NCBI GenBank assembly: GCA_036759025.1
Contig: DAIOVL010000018.1
Coordinates: forward strand, 2,494 to 66,493
Length of the DNA stretch: 64,000 nucleotides
Source of the DNA: Bacteroidales bacterium
GTDB taxonomy: Bacteria; Bacteroidota; Bacteroidia; Bacteroidales; VadinHA17
Reading direction: 5' to 3'
Below, one piece after another: positions 18,857 to 28,643 of the stretch. The stretch's first letter is position 1, and each line of letters starts with the position of its first letter. Under the pieces are notes generated by a model. It did no database searches, was not told the origin of the DNA, and saw only the letters and a program-made list of their open reading frames with translations. The translations under genes and the position numbers were made by a program.

Positions 18857-20947
18857 TTACTTTCCTGATTTGTCACGTCTTCTTTTTATCCAGAGGAAGA
18901 AGATGATTAGTAATCCTGCTCCGGCAATCAGCCATAAGTACCAGAACCTGCATCTTTTGCCGGTTTCGGTTACAGGTTGTTCGGTTACAGGTGCAGCATC
19001 TGGTTCTTGTTCCCGTGCAACAGTGTCCTGCTTAACAGGAAGGATCTCTGTAATATCCTTACGTTGGGGTACAGCTGTATAGGAAGGTTTTGCTGCACGA
19101 CGGGCCGCGATGTGCTTTTCAACTGCCACAACCGATGTCGTTACATTGCCATACCTGTCGGTTATAACAAATTTCACAGAATCGATATCATCGCGATTTT
19201 TCATTCCGTAGATGAAGGGCGTATTGTCAACAGGGAATTGTTCTTCGGCCAGCACAGAATCGCCTGCAATGTGCATTACCTTTAAAACGGAACGTGGTTC
19301 GGTGTTGATGGTGTAAAACGTTGAATCGCCTGAGACCTTCGTTTCACCAACTTCCAGGGCAGCAATGAAATCGGTTTTCGGGAGGAGGATGGGTGATAAA
19401 TCCCAGATATCGTTGCCGGCGTTCAGGGGCAGGTCTATCTCGCGGCTGTATCTTTCAATAAAGGGTGCCTCAATGACAAGTTCATTCTTCCCGTGAAGTG
19501 CGTCCAGTTTAAAATCGCCTGTAAGTGGATTGGTATAGGTAACTGACCCGTTCCCCGGGAAGGTGATACTTGAAGCGCTGATCCTAATACTGTCTTCCTC
19601 AGAAGCTTTCAGGTCCTCAACTTTTACATTACCCTTGACTGAAAAGGTGCGGGGGTTCCTGTCTGAGAATATTTCAAGATGGTATATGTCGGCAAGTCCG
19701 AACCCGTCGTCATCCATCATCGAATAATAAGCCTGGTATCCTTGGTTCACAGGGTAGAAGAAGAGGTCGTCGCCTGTGCTGTTGACAGGATAGCCGGCAT
19801 TTTCAGGTGCCGACCACTCTCCATTGTCCAGAAGCCGCGAGGAAAAGATATCATAACCTCCCATGTTGTGATGCCCCTCGGAACTGAAATAAAGTGTCCT
19901 GTCGTCTTCGCTCAGGAAAGGAGTGTCCTCGTTGTAAACAGTATTTATCACAGGTCCAAGGTTCACAGCCGGCCCCCAGGCATCGGCACTGTCTCTTTCC
20001 GACATATAGATGTCGAGGCCTCCAAGGGAACCTTTCCTGTTGGAAGTGAAATAGATCTTTTTGCCGTCATGTGAGATAGTGCCGTGTGACTCCCAGTATT
20101 TTGTGTTGATGTTGTCGTTTAGTCGTATAATGTTGCCCCAACGATCGTCACCGATCTTTTTTGTGACATATATGTTTCCGTCATAGTCGGCACCCCGCCT
20201 GTAAATATAAAGCTCTTTCCCGTCGGCAGAGAGCGATGTTGCAAAGTTACCTTCTTCCTGACCCAGCCCGAGATCAGGGATGATGTTCAAAGGTTCACTC
20301 CAGCTTCCGTTTACTTTTTTTGAATACATAACAGCCTGCTGGAATGGAGTACGTTTGTTATACACCATCGACATCTGGTCCGACGCAACCACAGGGTTCA
20401 GGTCGGGATACTGGTCGTTGATGAGACTGCCCAGGTTCTGCTTCCGGATATATACGGGCGTTTTCATCAGTTCGATTGCATTATGGCACGATTCGATCTG
20501 TAGCTTCACGACCTCCGGGTTGTATACTTTTGTGTCGAGGTTTTTGTTGAAAAGCTCGTATGTCTCAATTGCCTTTTCAAGCTGGTTGTTGATCCTGTAG
20601 GCATTGGCCAGGTAGTAGTAGGCATCAAAGGGAGCACCGCTCTCCCTGAATCTGCCCTCGCGGTAACGCATATTTATGTTCTCAACGGCTTCTTCAAGGA
20701 AAGGAACGGCCTTTTCATTTTCACCGGCAATGTTACTGTAGCACTGTCCTATCCTGAATTTAAGGTTTGAATTGCCTGGATACGACTTTATAAGCTGAAG
20801 GTAAAGCGGAAGGGCATCTTCATATTCCTCAAAGAGAACAAATCCTTCAGCTTCGAAGAACTTCTTCCTGTTTTCAATCCTTCCCTGGGGATACGCTACA
20901 TATGCCGCAAGAATCAGGAGCATTGCCAATAAAAGAAACCTCTTCAT
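18857..20947 (-). CDS. Periplasmic TPR + PD40 protein, paralog of 16874..18802, with a C-terminal single TM anchor
   Basis: Signal peptide. TPR (YYLANAYRINNQLEKAIETYE). PD40 repeats (SHDGKKIYFTSNRKGSLGGLDIYMS; DDRTLYFSSEGHHNMGGYDIF). Pro/Glu-rich linker, then WYLWLIAGAGLLIIFFLWIKRRRDKSGK. Confidence 0.8.
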   Translation of the reverse strand: MKRFLLLAMLLILAAYVAYPQGRIENRKKFFEAEGFVLFEEYEDALPLYLQLIKSYPGNSNLKFRIGQCYSNIAGENEKAVPFLEEAVENINMRYREGRFRESGAPFDAYYYLANAYRINNQLEKAIETYELFNKNLDTKVYNPEVVKLQIESCHNAIELMKTPVYIRKQNLGSLINDQYPDLNPVVASDQMSMVYNKRTPFQQAVMYSKKVNGSWSEPLNIIPDLGLGQEEGNFATSLSADGKELYIYRRGADYDGNIYVTKKIGDDRWGNIIRLNDNINTKYWESHGTISHDGKKIYFTSNRKGSLGGLDIYMSERDSADAWGPAVNLGPVINTVYNEDTPFLSEDDRTLYFSSEGHHNMGGYDIFSSRLLDNGEWSAPENAGYPVNSTGDDLFFYPVNQGYQAYYSMMDDDGFGLADIYHLEIFSDRNPRTFSVKGNVKVEDLKASEEDSIRISASSITFPGNGSVTYTNPLTGDFKLDALHGKNELVIEAPFIERYSREIDLPLNAGNDIWDLSPILLPKTDFIAALEVGETKVSGDSTFYTINTEPRSVLKVMHIAGDSVLAEEQFPVDNTPFIYGMKNRDDIDSVKFVITDRYGNVTTSVVAVEKHIAARRAAKPSYTAVPQRKDITEILPVKQDTVAREQEPDAAPVTEQPVTETGKRCRFWYLWLIAGAGLLIIFFLWIKRRRDKSGK

Positions 20948-21090
20948 CTTTATTTGTCAGGTATATATGTCAATCCAAGATCCTGTGACTGAAATAAAAT
21001 CCTATATATGACCGGCATTCCCCGGGGGAACAGGTTTTATCTTTTTCAGAATCTGATCTTAAGGGTACTAATATAGAAGAAATATTAATA

Positions 21091-21119
21091 AAAAGGGAAA
21101 AAAGAATCAACCCTTTTTA
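21091..21119. terminator. Candidate bidirectional hairpin downstream of the E2 gene
   Basis: AAAAAGGG / 13-nt loop / CCCTTTTT. My coordinates in this stretch are approximate (+/-1-2 nt). Confidence 0.35.
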
Positions 21120-21194
21120 ACTAAATGTCAACAAAAACATTATCTGTCCGTATCTGGCGGAATGAAAATCCGGTATCGTAAATATGGACTATTT

Positions 21195-22517
21195 TCAGAA
21201 ATTATCGGGGGAGTAGTTTTCCAGTATCTCCTTTATCCTGTTCAGGAATTTGCCCGCCAGTGCCCCGTCAATTACCCGGTGGTCGTAGCTCAGCGACAGG
21301 ATCATAATGTGGCGTATGGCTATCATGTCTCCGTCGGGAGTTTCAACCACTGCAGGCATCTTCCTTACAACGCCGGTACCAAGTATCGCAGCCTGTGGCT
21401 GGTTGATGATGGGTGTTCCCGACAGGTTGTTGTAGCTTCCGAAATTGGTAACTGTAAAGGTCCCTCCTGTGATCTCATCTGGTTTGAGCTTGTTTTTCCT
21501 TGCCCTGTCAGCAAGATCATTGACATTTTTTGCGATACCAGTCAGGCTTTTCTCGTTGGCGTTTTTTATAACAGGTACAATCAGGTTCCCGTCAGGAAGG
21601 GCTGTGGCCATCCCGATATTTATGTTCTTCTTGATAATGATGTTATTCCCGTCGACAGAAATGTTGAGCATCGGGAATTCATACAGGGCTCTTGCAGTAG
21701 CGTCGATGAAGACTGGCGTAAGTGTCAGCTTTTGTCCTTCAGCCGCAAGGAATTTATCCTTTACGGAGTTCCTCCAGTTCACCAGCCTGGTAACATCGGC
21801 ATCTATGAAGGAGGTTACATGAGGGGATATCTTCTTGGACTGAACCATATGGTCGGCAATCAGACGTCTTACCCTGTCCATTTCAACTACCACATCGCCG
21901 TTCTGAAGATTAATCTTTTCCCTTGCAGCAGAAGCAGGTCCTTCAGTATGTTCTTCTTCAGAGATCTTTCTTTCTTTCTCTTTAGCCTTTTCTGCCTCTT
22001 TCACCTTTTCCGACAGGAAGTTCATAACATCATCTCTGGTTATCCTTCCATCCATTCCGGTACCACTGATTTTGTCAAGGTCAGAATAAGCAATATTTTC
22101 ACGGGAAGCAATACTGCGTACCAGCGGGGACAGGAATTTACCCGAAGGGGTGCGGCTTTTCATCTCGCGCGAGGCCGTTTCCGCCTCCCTTATCTGATTC
22201 TTCTCTTCATTTATGGTCTCACGGACCCTCTCAACTTCCATGAGCACCTTTTTCTCCTCATCCGGATTGGCAAGGGCGTCATTTTCCATGACCGCAATTA
22301 TCTCTCCCACCTTTACCACAGATCCTTCCCTGGCAATGATGGATACTATCCTGCCGTCGGAAGGTGAAGGGACCTCAGAGTCGACCTTATCGGTGGCGAC
22401 GTCAACGAGCGGATCATCTTCAGAAACCATTGCTCCTTCAGCTACAAGCCATTTATTAATTGTTGCCTCTATAACTCCTTCTCCCATAGCCGGGAGCACT
22501 ATATTCATTGTTGCCAT
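21195..22517 (-). CDS. 2-oxoacid dehydrogenase E2 component (dihydrolipoamide acyltransferase)
   Basis: Lipoyl domain with VATDKVDSEVPSP, a charged KEKERK linker, a peripheral-subunit-binding region (SPLVRSIA), and the catalytic motif LSYDHRVIDGA. Confidence 0.9.
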   Translation of the reverse strand: MATMNIVLPAMGEGVIEATINKWLVAEGAMVSEDDPLVDVATDKVDSEVPSPSDGRIVSIIAREGSVVKVGEIIAVMENDALANPDEEKKVLMEVERVRETINEEKNQIREAETASREMKSRTPSGKFLSPLVRSIASRENIAYSDLDKISGTGMDGRITRDDVMNFLSEKVKEAEKAKEKERKISEEEHTEGPASAAREKINLQNGDVVVEMDRVRRLIADHMVQSKKISPHVTSFIDADVTRLVNWRNSVKDKFLAAEGQKLTLTPVFIDATARALYEFPMLNISVDGNNIIIKKNINIGMATALPDGNLIVPVIKNANEKSLTGIAKNVNDLADRARKNKLKPDEITGGTFTVTNFGSYNNLSGTPIINQPQAAILGTGVVRKMPAVVETPDGDMIAIRHIMILSLSYDHRVIDGALAGKFLNRIKEILENYSPDNF

Positions 22518-22692
22518 TTCTGTTGCTGAGCTTTTGTATTTTTATATATCCGGGACAAGTAAATCTGGTGACCCGTGAAATTGTTTTGTTAATAATTATT
22601 TGCCGACAGAATAACAAAAAACTTGCGTAATTGTTCCCGACAGACGGTTAATATATTTGCTTCGTTGCCATTTACGGGCTGCTGATATTGTT

Positions 22693-23913
22693 TTAATGCC
22701 GGCTTCCTAAAAGATATTCTTCTCCGGTTGGCGCAATCCTGATGTTTACCCTGCTTTCCGAAATTGTCTGCATGGAGTCAATTATCACTGAAGTGCTCAG
22801 GTTGCGGCCTGAATAAACCACTTCACGGATGCGGTTTTCCCTGATGATCTCTGATAGTTGCGAAAGATGTCCCAGGACTTCACACGTCTTGTCATCGGGG
22901 CTGATGCTTATCCTTCCTGCAATTTTATTCCGCCTGCCTTTCGAGGTCAGCAGGGAGACCAGGCTGCCAAATACCTCCGTATCTGAAACGACAACTGTCC
23001 TGATCTTAAAAGCCAGAGGACTCTTTGCGATCACTCTGGCCGGAAACGAAACTGTAAGTATGAAGAGTCTTTTCAGGAGCGCAAGGCCGGCACTGAAAAA
23101 TATTGCTGCATTTATTAAGAAAAGGAGACCGTCAGATATGCTGCCTGAAAAATGTTTCTTGACGAAAATTGCCATCGCGTGGTAGAAATGAACAACAGCT
23201 TTCAGGTGTTCTTTTCTTGTGCTCTCACCCTTAAAATGAATGATCTTAACTTCAGGATAATAGTAGTTTCTGTAGCCTGCTTTTTGTATCCTGTAGCTGT
23301 AGTCTATATCTTCTCCATACATAAAGAACTCTTCATCCAGCAGACCTGCTTTTTCCACAGCCTTCCTTCCAAGGAACATAAAAGCTCCCGGGATAATATC
23401 GACATTGCCTGTAGACCTGTCATCAAGATAGCCAAGATAGTACCTGTTGAAAATTGAGGAGCGAGGGAAGAGTTTCGAGAGTCCTGTCATCTTGAAGAAA
23501 GCAGTGGAAGGAGTGGGCAGGGCCCTCTTTGATTCAGGCAGGAACCTTCCCCTTCCGTTTATCATTCTCACTCCCGCTGCACCTGCATCCGGATGTTCTT
23601 CCATGAAAAGGATACACCGGGTCAGGCCTTCTTCTTCGATGATGGTGTCGGGATTAAGAAGGAGTATATACCGGCCGGATGCTATTCTGAGAGCCTGGTT
23701 GTTGGCCGACGAAAATCCCAGGTTCTTTTCGTTCACTATCAGCTTAACCCGCGGAAACATGGTTGCTACCATAGCTGCCGAACCGTCGGCAGAGTTATTG
23801 TCAACCACGAATATTTCGCAATCGGTATTTTCTGCTGCCCTGTAAACAGAGAGCAGACACTGTTCAAGAAAATCCCTGACATTATAACTGACAATGATTA
23901 CGGATAGATCCAT
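22693..23913 (-). CDS. Family-2 glycosyltransferase fused to a TM segment and a C-terminal Rossmann-like (CoA_binding_3-like) domain
   Basis: GT2 motifs LSVIIVSYNVRDFLEQCL, VVDNNSADGS, LLNPD. TM segment LLFLINAAIFFSAGLALL. C-terminus IRTVVVSDTEVFGSLVSLL...VLGHLSQLSEIIRENRIREVVYS. Confidence 0.85.
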   Translation of the reverse strand: MDLSVIIVSYNVRDFLEQCLLSVYRAAENTDCEIFVVDNNSADGSAAMVATMFPRVKLIVNEKNLGFSSANNQALRIASGRYILLLNPDTIIEEEGLTRCILFMEEHPDAGAAGVRMINGRGRFLPESKRALPTPSTAFFKMTGLSKLFPRSSIFNRYYLGYLDDRSTGNVDIIPGAFMFLGRKAVEKAGLLDEEFFMYGEDIDYSYRIQKAGYRNYYYPEVKIIHFKGESTRKEHLKAVVHFYHAMAIFVKKHFSGSISDGLLFLINAAIFFSAGLALLKRLFILTVSFPARVIAKSPLAFKIRTVVVSDTEVFGSLVSLLTSKGRRNKIAGRISISPDDKTCEVLGHLSQLSEIIRENRIREVVYSGRNLSTSVIIDSMQTISESRVNIRIAPTGEEYLLGSRH

Positions 23914-23919
23914 ATAATC

Positions 23920-25134
23920 TTATTTTCCGTTTATCTCGCCTTCCAGGACCGATGCTAGCCGGCGGATTCCCTCTTCAATGTCTGTTTTATCCGAGAATGA
24001 AAAGTTGAGACGCAATGTGTTGTGGCCTGAGTTGTTGCAGAAGAAGGAAGAGCCTGATACGAACGCAACATTATGTTCAACGGCCTTTTTGAATATCACC
24101 TCTGTGTCTATTCCATGAGGAAGTGTGACAAAAAGGAACAATCCACCCTGAGGCTCAGTCCATGTTACACCGGCCGGCATAAACCTGCGAAGGCAATCTG
24201 TCATGAATCTGCATCTTTCCCCGTAAAGGGAGATTGTGCTTTTCAGGTTTTTTTCAAGAAGTCCTTTTTCCATGTAGCAGGCAATGATCTTCTGAACGAA
24301 TGCTGAAGTGCAAAGATCGGCAGTCTGTTTCGCCATAGCCAGCTTTTCGAGTAAAACAGGATTGCCTATTACCCATCCGACCCTGAATCCCGGAGAAAGA
24401 ATCTTGGAGAAGGTGCACAGTGTCAGCACCCTTCCGGTTGTGTCGAGCTGGCACATCATCTTCTGTGTTTCGCCGCTGAACCTTATCTCGCGGTAAGGGC
24501 TGTCTTCCACGATCAGAAGATCATATTTCTCTGCGATTTCGATTATCCTCAGCCTTCTTGATTCCGGGACTGTCACTCCGGCAGGATTCTGAAAATCAGG
24601 GATTATATAAATAAACTTGAGTTTTTTCCCCAGGTCGCGGAGATGGATAATGGTCTCCTCAAGATGATCGGGCCGCATTCCTTCTTCATCGAGGGAAATG
24701 CCTTTCATCCTGGCGCCATAAACAGAGAAAGCATTCAGTCCGCCGAGATATGATGGCAGCCCGCAAAGGATATAATCGCCCGGATCGATGAATATTTTTG
24801 CAATGAGATCGAGAGCCTGCTGAGAGCCTGTGGTGATGATCAGATTCTCAATGTCAATGTTCAGTCCCTGCTGCCTGTGCCTTTCCACAAGAGCCTTCCT
24901 GAGCGAAAGATCGCCTTCGGTGGTCCCGTACTGAAGTGCATCGGCTCCATGAGTCTCAAGAACTTCCATGGTGATCTCCTTCAGGTCGTCGACAGGGAAG
25001 GTCTCGGGAGATGGCAGGCCTCCGGCAAACGAGATCATTTCAGGTTTCTGCAGAAGCTTAAGTATCTCGCGGATGGCCGATCGTTTCATATTCCTGGCCG
25101 CAGCGGAAAGGAATTTGTTTGCTGATCTTATCAT
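23920..25134 (-). CDS. PLP-dependent class I/II aminotransferase (2-aminoadipate/aromatic transaminase-like)
   Basis: PLP-lysine motif [14 protein letters not shown]. The N-terminus [14 protein letters not shown] is typical of this subfamily. It overlaps recR by 4 nt. Confidence 0.85.
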   Translation of the reverse strand: MIRSANKFLSAAARNMKRSAIREILKLLQKPEMISFAGGLPSPETFPVDDLKEITMEVLETHGADALQYGTTEGDLSLRKALVERHRQQGLNIDIENLIITTGSQQALDLIAKIFIDPGDYILCGLPSYLGGLNAFSVYGARMKGISLDEEGMRPDHLEETIIHLRDLGKKLKFIYIIPDFQNPAGVTVPESRRLRIIEIAEKYDLLIVEDSPYREIRFSGETQKMMCQLDTTGRVLTLCTFSKILSPGFRVGWVIGNPVLLEKLAMAKQTADLCTSAFVQKIIACYMEKGLLEKNLKSTISLYGERCRFMTDCLRRFMPAGVTWTEPQGGLFLFVTLPHGIDTEVIFKKAVEHNVAFVSGSSFFCNNSGHNTLRLNFSFSDKTDIEEGIRRLASVLEGEINGK

Positions 25135-25745
25135 TGCTGGTAAGGATTACGGTTATTAATTGCTCTTCCCAATGTTATCTCATCGGTATATTCCAGTTCA
25201 TCGCCGATGGCAACACCCCTGGCAAGTGTTGTGATGGCAATATCATAGGAGGAAAGCCTTCTGTACAGATAATAATTGGTGGTATCGCCTTCCATCGTGG
25301 CACTTAATGCCAGAATCACCTCGCTGATCCCTCCCGACCTGACCCTGTCCTCCAGGGTGTCGATCTTCAGATCGGAAGGACCCACTCCGTCGACAGGCGA
25401 AATTATTCCTCCGAGTACATGATACAGGCCTTTAAACTGCCTTGTACTTTCTACGGCCATCACATCGGGGATGTTCTCCACCACGCAGATGAGAGTTCTG
25501 TCACGTTTTTCATCGCCGCAGAGACTGCAAATATCGGTGTCGGATATTGAGTTGCATATCTTACAGTATTTTATTTCGGAGTGAAGCCTGATAATGGTCT
25601 CCCCGAAGCGTTGTACCTCGGAAGGATTTCGCTTCAGCAGGTTCATCACAAGCCTGAAGGCACTTTTCCTTCCCACACCCGGCAAAGAAGCAAATTCATT
25701 CACCGCATTTTCGAGCAGCCGTGAAGGAAATTCTTTAGTAATCAT
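25131..25745 (-). CDS. recR: Recombination protein RecR
   Basis: HhH N-terminus ([12 protein letters not shown]), C4 zinc finger [16 protein letters not shown], and a Toprim segment ([15 protein letters not shown]). Confidence 0.95.
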   Translation of the reverse strand: MITKEFPSRLLENAVNEFASLPGVGRKSAFRLVMNLLKRNPSEVQRFGETIIRLHSEIKYCKICNSISDTDICSLCGDEKRDRTLICVVENIPDVMAVESTRQFKGLYHVLGGIISPVDGVGPSDLKIDTLEDRVRSGGISEVILALSATMEGDTTNYYLYRRLSSYDIAITTLARGVAIGDELEYTDEITLGRAINNRNPYQQ

Positions 25746-25760
25746 AACAGATCATTTAGA

Positions 25761-25768
25761 CAAAAATA
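25761..25768 (-). promoter_or_regulatory. -7 promoter box for the recR-aminotransferase-GT2 transcription unit
   Basis: Plus-strand CAAAAATA equals minus-strand TATTTTTG, 15 nt upstream of the recR ATG. Confidence 0.45.
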
Positions 25769-25852
25769 ATCCAATTATTGCTTCTTTTACCCTTAAGAAG
25801 GATTTTTCGGGTTGCTTTCTTTTTGCTATCCTTGTAACTTTATTTTCAGGAT

Positions 25853-27310
25853 ATGCAGCCTAAACTTATACTTGGTATCTTCCTTATTTATACAGCTCTT
25901 CTTTTTGCGGTGACCTGGATAACTGCAAGAAGGGCCGACAGCCATGCATTTTATATCGGTAACCGCAAATCACCGTGGTTCGTGGTTGCTTACGGGATGA
26001 TAGGCGCTTCCCTTTCGGGTGTCACTTTTATGTCGGTGCCCGGTTGGGTGAGAGACACACAATTCAGCTATATGGTTGTCGTTTTCGGTTACCTTTTCGG
26101 CTATTTTGTCATTGCTCTCGTCCTTCTTCCGTTGTACTACAGACTTAAGCTGACGTCTATATATACATATCTTGAACAGAGGTTCGGCTTCTGGTCGTAC
26201 AAGACAGGTGCCGGATTTTTCATTCTTTCGAGGACACTGGGAGCCTCTCTTCGCATGTTCCTCGTAATTAACGTGCTCCAGGTTTTTGTCTTCGATGCCT
26301 GGAACATCCCTTTCTGGGTCAATGCCCTTATCTTTATAATACTGATAATCCTTTATACACTGAAAGGGGGGATCAGGACGATAGTCTGGACCGACACCCT
26401 GCAGACGACCTTCATGCTTCTGGCGGTAGTGATGTCGATTTTCTACATAAGCAGGGAACTTGGTGAAAATGCCAACAGTCTTTTTACACAGATTGCCGAC
26501 AGCAGGATCTCCAGGATGTTCATAACCGAATGGAACCATGAGCGCCACTTCCTGAAACAGTTCTTTTCAGGGATGTTCATTACGATAACCATGACCGGCC
26601 TCGACCAGGAAATGATGCAAAAGAATCTCAGCTGCCGGAACCTGAAGGAAGCTCAGAAAAATATGTTCACATTCAGCGGTATACTTGTGATTGTCAACCT
26701 CCTTTTCCTCGTCCTGGGTGCTTTTCTCACCATCTATTCAGTCAATAAAGGCATCAATGTTGCCATGTCGGATGATCTCTTCCCGTCGATAGCCCTGAAT
26801 TATCTGGGACCGGTAGCAGGATTGGTTTTTCTCGTTGGACTGATCTCTGCGGCCTTCCCGAGTGCTGACGGGGCACTTACTTCTCTTACGACATCGGTGA
26901 GCATTGATTTTCTGGGTTTGCAGAAAAAGAAGGAGCTTTCTGAAAAGAGATCCACAAGGATCAGGTACTCGGTACACCTGTCGGTTGCCCTGGTGTTTTT
27001 TGTCAGTATACTGATTTTCAGCATCATGAACGACAGGGCAGTGATAGACAAGCTTTTTACGATAGCCGGCTACACTTACGGGCCATTGCTGGGTTTATAC
27101 AGCTTCGGTCTTTTTACAAGGCGAAAGGTAAAGGATTCATTGACACCCTTGATTGCGGTACTGTCGCCGGTGATCTGTTTTTTCCTCAGCAGGTATTCCG
27201 TTCAGCTTTTCAACGGATACAAGTTTGGTTTTGAGCTTCTGCTGCTTAACGGTGCCATCACTTTTGCCGGGCTTCTGCTTTTCAGCAGACCGGGGAAGGA
27301 TAAGTTATAG
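25853..27310 (+). CDS. Sodium:solute symporter (SSF) family transporter
   Basis: 485 aa, multi-TM. SSF signature LKGGIRTIVWTDTLQT. Confidence 0.85.
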   Translation: MQPKLILGIFLIYTALLFAVTWITARRADSHAFYIGNRKSPWFVVAYGMIGASLSGVTFMSVPGWVRDTQFSYMVVVFGYLFGYFVIALVLLPLYYRLKLTSIYTYLEQRFGFWSYKTGAGFFILSRTLGASLRMFLVINVLQVFVFDAWNIPFWVNALIFIILIILYTLKGGIRTIVWTDTLQTTFMLLAVVMSIFYISRELGENANSLFTQIADSRISRMFITEWNHERHFLKQFFSGMFITITMTGLDQEMMQKNLSCRNLKEAQKNMFTFSGILVIVNLLFLVLGAFLTIYSVNKGINVAMSDDLFPSIALNYLGPVAGLVFLVGLISAAFPSADGALTSLTTSVSIDFLGLQKKKELSEKRSTRIRYSVHLSVALVFFVSILIFSIMNDRAVIDKLFTIAGYTYGPLLGLYSFGLFTRRKVKDSLTPLIAVLSPVICFFLSRYSVQLFNGYKFGFELLLLNGAITFAGLLLFSRPGKDKL

Positions 27311-27391
27311 GATCCCGGCGTCATCATCCTGGGGCATGCATCAAACCTGAAACCGTAAGCCCTTAAGGGGCGTAATAAGATTCACCAGGGA

Positions 27392-28183
27392 TCAGCTTCC
27401 GATGCGCTGTCTTCCAACGTTACGGGAAAAATCATCATTACCCTCTGTCTCTTCATCCCCGGGTTCCTCGACAGGTTCAGGTTTTATCTGAACCCTGATC
27501 TTTTTATAGGGTATGTTCCAGGTGAGAAAATAATTGATGGCGAAACTGAAAGAGCTTCCGCTTTCGCCGTAACCGGGGAAATAGATTGGGCTGACATGTT
27601 TATCGGCACCGGAGTAGATAAGCTTTCTTGCACTTACCATCCAGCCTATGCTGAAATTTTTGAACAGCTCAGCCCTGAAACCTCCTGAAGCTTCTATGAA
27701 ATGACCCCATGCGCTTTGCCTGGGAACAGACGATGTTGTTGAACCCCAGTAGTTTTCATAGCTGAAGGAGGCCGTTTCGTAAGAAAACCTGCTTATCCCG
27801 TATCGTAATCCGAGTCCGGCCCAGTATCTGCCCTCAGCCATTTCAGGCCTGAGAAGGTTGAAATCCATCCCTGCCTTCAGAAAAGATCCTTTTGCTGAGA
27901 AGCTGTAGTTGTACTGGGAGTAGTGATAATCGGTGAACCCGGCACCGGCATATATCGATCTTACCTCGTTGAGGTCGAAGGAACAGTAAGCCTCCAGGTT
28001 TAGTATGTTTTTGTCGGTCAGATAGATAGCCGGACCGGCAATTTCAACACCGGCCCTTATCTTAAGCTGAATATCCACACTGTCGGTGGCTGCCGTAGCT
28101 TCGGGAGCTTCCACAGCTTCCTGTGCCGACAGTGGAGCCAGCATCATGATGCTAATAATATATACGAATATTTTCTTCAGCAA
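27392..28183 (-). CDS. Putative outer-membrane beta-barrel protein (DUF6048-like by recollection) with an acidic C-terminal tail
   Basis: Signal peptide MLKKIFVYIISIMMLAPLSAQ, from an apparent TTG start. Alternating aromatic/hydrophobic strands (YWAGLGLRYGISRFSY, FSIGWMVSARKLIY). Tail EPVEEPGDEETEGNDD. Confidence 0.6.
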   Translation of the reverse strand: MLKKIFVYIISIMMLAPLSAQEAVEAPEATAATDSVDIQLKIRAGVEIAGPAIYLTDKNILNLEAYCSFDLNEVRSIYAGAGFTDYHYSQYNYSFSAKGSFLKAGMDFNLLRPEMAEGRYWAGLGLRYGISRFSYETASFSYENYWGSTTSSVPRQSAWGHFIEASGGFRAELFKNFSIGWMVSARKLIYSGADKHVSPIYFPGYGESGSSFSFAINYFLTWNIPYKKIRVQIKPEPVEEPGDEETEGNDDFSRNVGRQRIGS

Positions 28184-28625
28184 GGGTCGTAACGGTATTC
28201 TTTGTAACTGTTATTTTGTCGATGATATTTCCTGTAAACAGTGGATCTTCTATTGTATAGTAATAAGTATACCCGCATTCCTTCGATATCAGATGAGGGT
28301 AGGAATTGTAGGTGAAGGTTATTGTGTCGGTAACGCCGTTTATTTCGACCACGAAGCTGCATTCTGTTTCCGAAGCATCAAGAGGCAGAAGGGCCCGTTC
28401 AACTTTTTGCGACCTGTTGTATATCAGAGTTGTATCGTTTGCCCCGCCGTAAATGCTTAAACTGTCGGGACTTGCCATCAGCCCGGAAGTATCAGAGTAG
28501 AATGTTGATTTGACGAGAGCATTCGTCTCTTCAAAGCATGATCCGGGTGAACATGCCACGATACTGAAGATCATGACGACCGGTACCAGTATCATGGAAT
28601 GGATATGTGATTTCTTTCCCGACAT
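28152..28625 (-). CDS. Small Cys-containing lipoprotein (DUF6452-like by recollection)
   Basis: Lipobox IVAC. I prefer the ATG at 28625 (MSGKKSHIHSMILVPVVMIFSIVAC), because the track's TTG at 28646 lies inside a TAnnTTTG box. The 3' end overlaps the next gene by 32 nt. Confidence 0.6.
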   Translation of the reverse strand: MSGKKSHIHSMILVPVVMIFSIVACSPGSCFEETNALVKSTFYSDTSGLMASPDSLSIYGGANDTTLIYNRSQKVERALLPLDASETECSFVVEINGVTDTITFTYNSYPHLISKECGYTYYYTIEDPLFTGNIIDKITVTKNTVTTLAEENIRIYY

Positions 28626-28643
28626 AGCCTGATTATAACGCTT

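Noticed and set aside
21030-21045. TTCCCCGGGGGAA near-palindrome in the E2 / TPR-PD40 spacer
   Set aside because: The arms abut with essentially no loop, so it cannot form a useful RNA hairpin. It occurs only once, and I see nothing to suggest more than chance or a possible restriction-type site.
21162-22367. 401-aa + strand ORF, one of the longest in the track
   Set aside because: It is entirely antisense to the E2 acyltransferase gene, whose product has clear lipoyl and catalytic motifs. The + ORF product is low-complexity, Cys/His/Phe-rich and has no recognisable motif, so it is a shadow ORF.
25970-26548. 192-aa minus-strand ORF
   Set aside because: It is antisense to the sodium:solute symporter gene. 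Its product is a basic, Pro/Arg-rich nonsense-like sequence.
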